A stretch of DNA of 46,233 bases from Escherichia phage vB_EcoS_ASO78B. Shown here in pieces: positions 40,700 to 46,233 of this stretch; the stretch's first letter is position 1; each line of letters begins with the position of its first letter. The stretch lies in the sequence record MZ726796.1; one strand, given 5' to 3'. The position numbers and the translations under genes are program-made. Below the pieces are notes generated by a model. It did not search any database. It was not told where the DNA came from and saw nothing but the letters and a program-made list of their open reading frames with translations.

Positions 40700-42276
40700 T
40701 ACAACCCCCTCATAAATCTCATGCGCTTAACGGCAGCAGAAAGATAATTTCTAACAGTTGAGTTCATCCGCAGACCATCCCATGAACCATCACTACACAT
40801 CTTAATTGCTCTTGGATTATCCCTGTCCAGCATTAGTGGTGAATGTTTGTTCTCCTCAATGGCAAGAAGAACTTCATAAACAAATTTATCCGGCGTTAAT
40901 GTGATATTATTCGAGTCAGCAGAATTGATTATCTTTTCAACTCTGTCACGGCACAGCTTGTTCTTTATAACAGACAAATAAGGCGTTTTAATGAATGCCT
41001 GCGATTCACAAATTCGCTTTATTTTTTCAACAATGTTCGACCACTCAGTATTCTCAAGCCCATCAAATGCCTGTTCACCCTCAAGGAATCTTTTCAGCCC
41101 TGCGAGGTGTTCAAGAACCGTGAGATAACCCCACTCGATATGCTCCGTCGTCACTGATGGTGTCATCCCCCGCCGACTTGACAGATCGGTATACGCCGCC
41201 AGAGTTGCAAGATCGACAATCATTAGACCCATACGAGGGATAACATCGCCAACAACACCATCGCAATCACCAAGCTCACTTTCCAGTTTCATAGACAGAT
41301 ATCTGTGCAGTTTTTTCGCATTATCATCAGCCCACACAACGTTAGTTTTCGCGGTAAGAACCCTACCTTTCCACTCATTGATTATTTTTCTTGAAAGCGT
41401 ACCACTCACTTCCACATCCTTCATTGCTGGCATTTCCTCACCAGCAAGATGACCAAGCTGGAACAGCACGCGCCCCATACCGCCATCCTTCTGCCATGAA
41501 CGCGCAGCATCTATTCCCTGCTCTGGCGTGACAGTAATCAGCGGAACAAATTTTGCGTTTTCAATTCCACCGTCTTTTGTTGCAAGTTCGTACTCATTCA
41601 TTGCCGACTTTAGCGCGCGCCCAACGCTGTGGTCCATCATCGCAAGGCGCTTATAATCTATGACTCCTTTCCCATCATCGCCACCAGTAAGTGGCACTAT
41701 CCATCCCTCAGCACTTGCTGCCGCCATGATGCGTTTTGGGTTTTGTTCCCAAGTAAGGTTTTCAAGCAACTCCTTGATTATTGGTCTGTTAGGCACCCAC
41801 ACTCCGCCATCAGTTAGGCCTCTATACCACGCCATCGTACCGCCAAGATATGCATTGCGCGGGTTGTTCCAGTCTTCAAGATGTTGCTTGTCATCGTTCA
41901 CAACGTAGAGCAAAGACCCACCTCCGGCAATCAGGTCTAACTGCATCTGTTTCGTCGATGTTGATTTAGATGCACAAACTCTGGAACCTATTCCCAGCTC
42001 ATTGGCATATGCCCTGACGAAACTCACCGGTGCACCCTTACCTGCACCAGAGCGAGCTACCAGAAATATGCCAGTATTGCAGATACTACCTGTTGGACCA
42101 ATCAAGTATCGTCCAGCCATCGCCTGAGCAAGGCCCAAAGCGCCAGTTAATCGATATCTTTCCCCTCCCTCACGGCGCTCAAACCCCCTTGCGATCTCAT
42201 CCATAAACTCACCAAGTGCCCCGGGAGTCTCCCGATTTATGCCCATAGCCAGAGACTCAAAATCAATCGAACTCAT
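40699..42276 (-). CDS. large hypothetical protein (525 aa)
   Basis: start taken at MSSIDF (ATG 42276) with GGAGGGTG RBS; GAGKG segment is not a canonical Walker A; ATGA-coupled to the DUF3850 gene. Confidence 0.5.
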   Translation of the reverse strand: MSSIDFESLAMGINRETPGALGEFMDEIARGFERREGGERYRLTGALGLAQAMAGRYLIGPTGSICNTGIFLVARSGAGKGAPVSFVRAYANELGIGSRVCASKSTSTKQMQLDLIAGGGSLLYVVNDDKQHLEDWNNPRNAYLGGTMAWYRGLTDGGVWVPNRPIIKELLENLTWEQNPKRIMAAASAEGWIVPLTGGDDGKGVIDYKRLAMMDHSVGRALKSAMNEYELATKDGGIENAKFVPLITVTPEQGIDAARSWQKDGGMGRVLFQLGHLAGEEMPAMKDVEVSGTLSRKIINEWKGRVLTAKTNVVWADDNAKKLHRYLSMKLESELGDCDGVVGDVIPRMGLMIVDLATLAAYTDLSSRRGMTPSVTTEHIEWGYLTVLEHLAGLKRFLEGEQAFDGLENTEWSNIVEKIKRICESQAFIKTPYLSVIKNKLCRDRVEKIINSADSNNITLTPDKFVYEVLLAIEENKHSPLMLDRDNPRAIKMCSDGSWDGLRMNSTVRNYLSAAVKRMRFMRGL

Positions 42277-42568
42277 CAATACACCCTCCATACGCGCAAG
42301 AATTTACCCGGGATAACACCATGTTTCACCGTTAACACAGCACCCACCCTGTCAGCCTCAATTTTTAGCGCTTTCTGAAGTGACGCCACTGTCATCTGAA
42401 AACCTCGCTCTATGTCGTATGCGTAGCACCCATCTCTGCCACCAATCAAAATTGAAGTTGAATACCCGTTCTCAAAGTAAAACTGACACCCATCAGGAAC
42501 GGTAAGATTATTTATCACGTCGTTAGCAAGCGATGTCGTAACAGGGAATATCGGCGCGCAACTCATAC
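42276..42568 (-). CDS. hypothetical protein
   Basis: about 97 aa from MSCAPIF; 1-nt overlap with the 525-aa gene. Confidence 0.4.
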
Positions 42569-42573
42569 TCACC

Positions 42574-42804
42574 TCACTCAACTCGCTTAATGTGCAAAAC
42601 TTCATCGAAATATGAGCACGTTCTGAATTTCATCCCGAAATCCTCACCAACCCTTCCGAGACACGCGCGAAATCTTTCAACAGACAGCCCTTTATCTGCA
42701 ATATCCTCATAAGAAATCGAATTAACCTGACCAACATCAATATGTTTTGCAATGCGATACACGAACTCCATCTTTGAACCGTCACGATACATTTTGTTTC
42801 TCAT
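42574..42804 (-). CDS. hypothetical protein (first gene of the minus-strand module)
   Basis: 76 aa from MRNKMY with GGAGG RBS; next to the AT-rich control region. Confidence 0.4.
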   Translation of the reverse strand: MRNKMYRDGSKMEFVYRIAKHIDVGQVNSISYEDIADKGLSVERFRACLGRVGEDFGMKFRTCSYFDEVLHIKRVE

Positions 42805-42967
42805 AGTAACCTCCATCCGCATTCCAATAGTAACTATAGATAAAAAATAAAATTAACGCAACACAAAACAGGTCTAACCAGCAACAACAGCTACCACAAT
42901 TAACAACTGGTAAGACCACCATCTCATATCTGATATGTGTGGATGGTGCCTGTCGTTCAATTTGCAC

Positions 42968-43400
42968 TCGATTTTTACCTAATTTACCGTATATTTATTG
43001 GTCAGTTTTTTGCATAACTAATTGATTTATATGATTTTACCGGTTTTACCGGAACTCTAATGAGTATTTTCATCATTGAGAGTGTCAGTATATTAATTGG
43101 TCTAATTTTTAAAGAACTCCAATAAAATCAATATATTAATATAAGAAAGTAACTTACTTACTTATATAGGATTTACCGGGTAAAACCGGTAACTCCTCCG
43201 CAGCCCGCGTCATTACTGGATTGATTTTTACCACCTGTAGGTAAATACAGTAGTTTTTAAGTCAGGATTGTTTTTGTAAGATGTTGATTACCGGTACTTT
43301 ATTTGAAAAACCGGGATTTACCGGGTTTTTGTGGTGTGATTAATAATCGCGCAATTGGTCATGTTTCACCAGAACCCACTAATGCGACACCTGAAAATCA
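42968..43400. repeat. AT-rich divergent control region with ACCGG iterons
   Basis: at least 7 copies of TTTACCGG/ACCGG[GT] at 43034-43051, 43171-43190, 43285-43296, 43306-43329; inverted TTTACC..GGTAAA at 43225-43245; no ORF. Confidence 0.6.
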
Positions 43401-43401
43401 T

Positions 43402-43430
43402 ATTGACGTAGAGTCACAACTGATGTAGAT
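43402..43430 (+). promoter_or_regulatory. sigma70 promoter for the right-end + strand genes
   Basis: TTGACG, 17-nt spacer, TAGATT, 30 nt upstream of ATG 43461; both hexamers sit within copies of the recurring motif. Confidence 0.5.
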
Positions 43431-43460
43431 TGAACTCATCGAAACAACGAGGGTGAAGAG

Positions 43461-43646
43461 ATGAGCAAAGAAAGCACGTACAGCATCGACCAGATGAAGT
43501 TATTCAGCGATATATGCATGGCATTATCACAACAGGTTCCGAGCCTTCCTGCTGACATGCGTTCAAATGCAATCATTGATGCAGCAAACATGATTTGCGA
43601 GGCTTATGCGATAACTGAAGATGAATATAAGGATTCGAAGAAATGA
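43461..43646 (+). CDS. hypothetical protein
   Basis: 61 aa; GAGGGTGAAGAG RBS. Confidence 0.4.
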   Translation: MSKESTYSIDQMKLFSDICMALSQQVPSLPADMRSNAIIDAANMICEAYAITEDEYKDSKK

Positions 43647-43738
43647 CAGGCGCAACACTCGGGCTTATCGCCAGCCTGGTTATCGTGGCATTCATCATTA
43701 TCGCAGTGGCAGTTTCAAAATCAGGGTATAAGGAGTGA
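43643..43738 (+). CDS. small single-TM peptide (31 aa)
   Basis: Hand-translated MTGATLGLIASLVIVAFIIIAVAVSKSGYKE; ATGA-coupled to the upstream gene. Confidence 0.3.
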   Translation: MTGATLGLIASLVIVAFIIIAVAVSKSGYKE

Positions 43739-43741
43739 AAA

Positions 43742-43900
43742 ATGAGCAACAAACCAATCCAACCAACAGAAGAAATGATTGAGGCGGGTATCCGTGAAGT
43801 TATTGAAAACTTCGATATCGACTACCTCACTGATGATGAGCTAAGCGATGCCGTTGTGTTCATCTGGCAGGCAATGTATCAGGCGCACGTGGAGAAATAA
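43742..43900 (+). CDS. small acidic hypothetical protein (52 aa)
   Basis: Hand-translated; AGGAG RBS 6 nt upstream. Confidence 0.35.
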   Translation: MSNKPIQPTEEMIEAGIREVIENFDIDYLTDDELSDAVVFIWQAMYQAHVEK

Positions 43901-43903
43901 CAA

Positions 43904-44086
43904 ATGGCAAAAACCATCTATCGTCGCGAGAAGCTGGAACAAGAACTCGGACACGTTGGTGCGCAGAACTTCATGAACAAGCAGGCACGCAATGCAATGG
44001 AATCTATCCGCGTAAATCGAGTTGTGCGCGTGTTTAATGGTGAAGGTAAGCGCAGAGTAATGGATGAGCTGATTATCGTATTCTGA
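43904..44086 (+). CDS. hypothetical basic protein
   Basis: 60-aa track ORF. Confidence 0.4.
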   Translation: MAKTIYRREKLEQELGHVGAQNFMNKQARNAMESIRVNRVVRVFNGEGKRRVMDELIIVF

Positions 44087-44122
44087 CATCGATTCAGCGC
44101 TTTTATTTTTAATGGTGATGAT

Positions 44123-44356
44123 ATGGCAAAAGTGAAAACATACGAGTTCTGGTTTGTGCAGAACAAAATGTATGCGAGCAAAACAATCAAGAAAGTGCGT
44201 TGGTGGAACAAGTGGTTAATCATGTCCGGCTGCATCGTGCTGGAAAAGTGCAAATTCAAAGCGATTGATATCACTGATGAGGACGCGCTCACAATCGCAA
44301 AGATTGAGTTTGAGGAAGATGGCTATTACGAAGAAATCATGGGGGTTAGGGTATGA
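44123..44356 (+). CDS. hypothetical protein
   Basis: 77-aa track ORF. Confidence 0.4.
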   Translation: MAKVKTYEFWFVQNKMYASKTIKKVRWWNKWLIMSGCIVLEKCKFKAIDITDEDALTIAKIEFEEDGYYEEIMGVRV

Positions 44357-44697
44357 GTGAAGTAAAGCGTTATGACATGAGGGTTTCATTTGGTGGAGTT
44401 GAATCTTACGAATCACCATGTGGTGATTATGTTGACTACGATGACTACGCGGCACTGCAAGCTAAATGCGCGGCGCTTGCGGCGGAGAATGCTGGGCTGA
44501 AGACAACACACCCTCAACCGTTCGGACCTGAGATGATGAAGGCTCTTGATGCGTATGAGAAGCATCAGGATGAAGTGCCGGAGGTTGGAATGCTTGATGC
44601 ATTTTTCATCTTGCGCGACAGCATCCGTGTTAAAACCCCAGCCACCGATGCTTTCCTTGCTGAAGTGCGGGCGCAGGGGGTTGAGAGGGCACCTTAA
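44353..44697 (+). CDS. hypothetical protein
   Basis: 114 aa; ATGA overlap; Ala-rich coiled-coil-like segment. Confidence 0.45.
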   Translation: MSEVKRYDMRVSFGGVESYESPCGDYVDYDDYAALQAKCAALAAENAGLKTTHPQPFGPEMMKALDAYEKHQDEVPEVGMLDAFFILRDSIRVKTPATDAFLAEVRAQGVERAP

Positions 44698-44745
44698 TGA
44701 AATATATGACGGTGTAATTGTTAATAAGAAAGAAGGAAACTCAGC

Positions 44746-45612
44746 ATGATCACTATTACCAAAGAGCGACTGCTGACAATCCAGCAGTGGCGCGAAACAT
44801 ACGGACCGGGTAGCAACGTTGTACTGCCAGCAGAAGAAGCGGAAGAACTGGCACGAATTGCTCTGGCAGCGCTGGAAGTCGAGCCGATAGGTTTCCGTTG
44901 CAGGCGCAATGATAACCTTGGTGATTGGAGTTACGTATATCATCGAGAGCCAGATGATTTTGAGCGCAAACATTTAGTGATAGAGGGTATTTACGCCGCC
45001 CCTCCAGCGCAAGTAGTACCGGAAGAAAAACCAATGCCTAATCCTCTTAGCATGTACGCGGTTGATGCTGTTGCCGCTATTGCAGAGGTGAGAGGCTGGA
45101 ACGCCTGCCGTGCAGCTATGCTTCAGTCCGGAAACTTTCGGGAAAACAAGAATTCGTCAACCAATAATTTTAGGGAAATCGCGGAAACGTCAACCAACTA
45201 TCCGGTAATTCCTAGTGAGGTGTTGTCCGCAATCCAGAAGGTTGCCAAGATTCGTGCCGATTTCGATGATTTTGACGGTGACAGGCGAGGTATCGGTGAT
45301 TGTCTGGATGAGGCTGAGCAAGAGCTTATCGTTACCATTAACAAATATGCCAGTCAGTTGGCAGCAGAACCGATAGCGACTAATGACGTTCGAGAGCAAA
45401 CAGCCGTTCCGCCAGTTCCTGTAATACAGGCTGATGTCGCGCAGGCAATTGAAAAACTCAAACGGAAATTAGTGGAATGCAATCGCTATAACTACTGCGA
45501 AGATGCAGTTAAGGGCGTTGAGTATGCCTGCCGCGCTGCCATGCTTCAGCGCTCAGAGCCTGTAACAGATAACACCAACCAGCAATTCGAAAGCCTGGCC
45601 AAAAGCGAATAG
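44746..45612 (+). CDS. hypothetical protein with internal repeat
   Basis: 288 aa; motif ACRAAMLQ occurs twice (about residues 118 and 265). Confidence 0.5.
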   Translation: MITITKERLLTIQQWRETYGPGSNVVLPAEEAEELARIALAALEVEPIGFRCRRNDNLGDWSYVYHREPDDFERKHLVIEGIYAAPPAQVVPEEKPMPNPLSMYAVDAVAAIAEVRGWNACRAAMLQSGNFRENKNSSTNNFREIAETSTNYPVIPSEVLSAIQKVAKIRADFDDFDGDRRGIGDCLDEAEQELIVTINKYASQLAAEPIATNDVREQTAVPPVPVIQADVAQAIEKLKRKLVECNRYNYCEDAVKGVEYACRAAMLQRSEPVTDNTNQQFESLAKSE

Positions 45613-45775
45613 CTACCCGTTCATATTAATTATCAGTGCGCTCTATGTGGCGCACGCTTTAGTGGAGGAATACATATGACCAGACACCAACGGCGCCGAT
45701 ACACCACTGGCGCTAAAATATTCCTTGCTGTTTATCTGATGGCATTGGTTGCTGCTATCGCAGGAGTTTTGCATT

Positions 45776-45955
45776 ATGTTTAATGATATCAGCGACGCAA
45801 TGCAAAACATGTGGGAACGCTACTGGAACAGCATGAAGACATGCCACTACATGATGGTGCAGATAGGTAATTACATTGAGGTTGTGCCTGATAGTGGTGT
45901 GCATGACATTAAGTGCATGTGCTCAACGAGGGATTATGCTAATGCAAACAACTAA
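45776..45955 (+). CDS. hypothetical protein
   Basis: 59 aa from ATG 45776 with AGGAG RBS; a 35-aa TM peptide ORF at 45676-45783 precedes it. Confidence 0.3.
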   Translation: MFNDISDAMQNMWERYWNSMKTCHYMMVQIGNYIEVVPDSGVHDIKCMCSTRDYANANN

Positions 45956-46115
45956 AGCCAATGTTTGGCAGCTCGCAAAGCAGCACGAATTAGACGATTT
46001 TATCGCGAAGGTTGCAAAGGCATTCCCTGACGCGCTTGAAATCGTTCATGTGCAGACTCGCAATGAAAACGCATGGTGCTATGCTGGCAAGCGTGATAAT
46101 GATGGTGTACAATAA
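45942..46115 (+). CDS. hypothetical protein
   Basis: 57 aa from ATG 45942 with GAGGGA RBS. Confidence 0.3.
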   Translation: MQTTKANVWQLAKQHELDDFIAKVAKAFPDALEIVHVQTRNENAWCYAGKRDNDGVQ

Positions 46116-46160
46116 GCGCATAACCACCATTGCTTTCACTTATATCATCACCCAACCTTT

Positions 46161-46188
46161 AACCCGCCTTGTGCGGGTTCTTTTTTAT
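46161..46188 (+). terminator. rho-independent terminator
   Basis: AACCCGC-CTTGT-GCGGGTT then T6. Confidence 0.7.
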
Positions 46189-46233
46189 CTGTGTTAAACT
46201 AACGACATCGAAATACGAAAAGACGAAAACAGA

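Noticed and set aside
43358-43370. TGTTTCAC half-site resembling a parS box near the ParB-like system
   Set aside because: Only a single half-site with no palindromic partner, and it is 24 kb from the ParB-like gene
45876-46115. Apparent lipoprotein signal (MRLCLIVVCMTLSAC) suggesting a Cor/Llp-like exclusion lipoprotein
   Set aside because: The signal-containing N-terminus overlaps the upstream gene by 80 nt and lacks an RBS; the RBS-supported start at 45942 removes it

Overview
The window reads as a near-complete genome of a virulent-looking tailed dsDNA siphovirus of enterobacteria, linearised at the small terminase gene. All calls rest on reading the six-frame translations by eye; no database search was run, so family names are recollections to be confirmed. 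Backbone on the + strand: TerS, an HNH-AP2 endonuclease, TerL, portal, MuF-like head morphogenesis protein, a lambda-type lysis cassette (R-like endolysin, holin, nested Rz/Rz1 spanins), protease/scaffold, capsid, neck and tail completion genes, major tail protein, chaperone, 790-aa tape measure, tail-tip proteins and a compositionally mosaic tail fibre. A minus-strand replication/recombination module follows (SSB, ERF, PD-(D/E)XK exonuclease, VRR-NUC, SF2 helicase, HNH, plus an opposite-strand primase). Two tRNAs (Arg-UCU, Ser-GCU) sit on the minus strand. No integrase, repressor, CRISPR array or reverse transcriptase was seen. Accessory content sits in strand-inverted islands bounded by hairpin terminators. 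The most unusual items are: a free-standing truncated beta sliding-clamp (DnaN domain II-III) homolog in an operon with a ParB-like protein; an Imm-like superinfection-immunity operon and a KilA-N gene with a palindromic operator, both inserted in the tail module; a PUA-like DUF3850 protein coupled to a 525-aa unknown protein; a Lar-like anti-restriction candidate; an 11-bp motif (AATCTACRYCA) recurring at about nine promoter regions; and an ACCGG iteron cluster in the main divergent control region.
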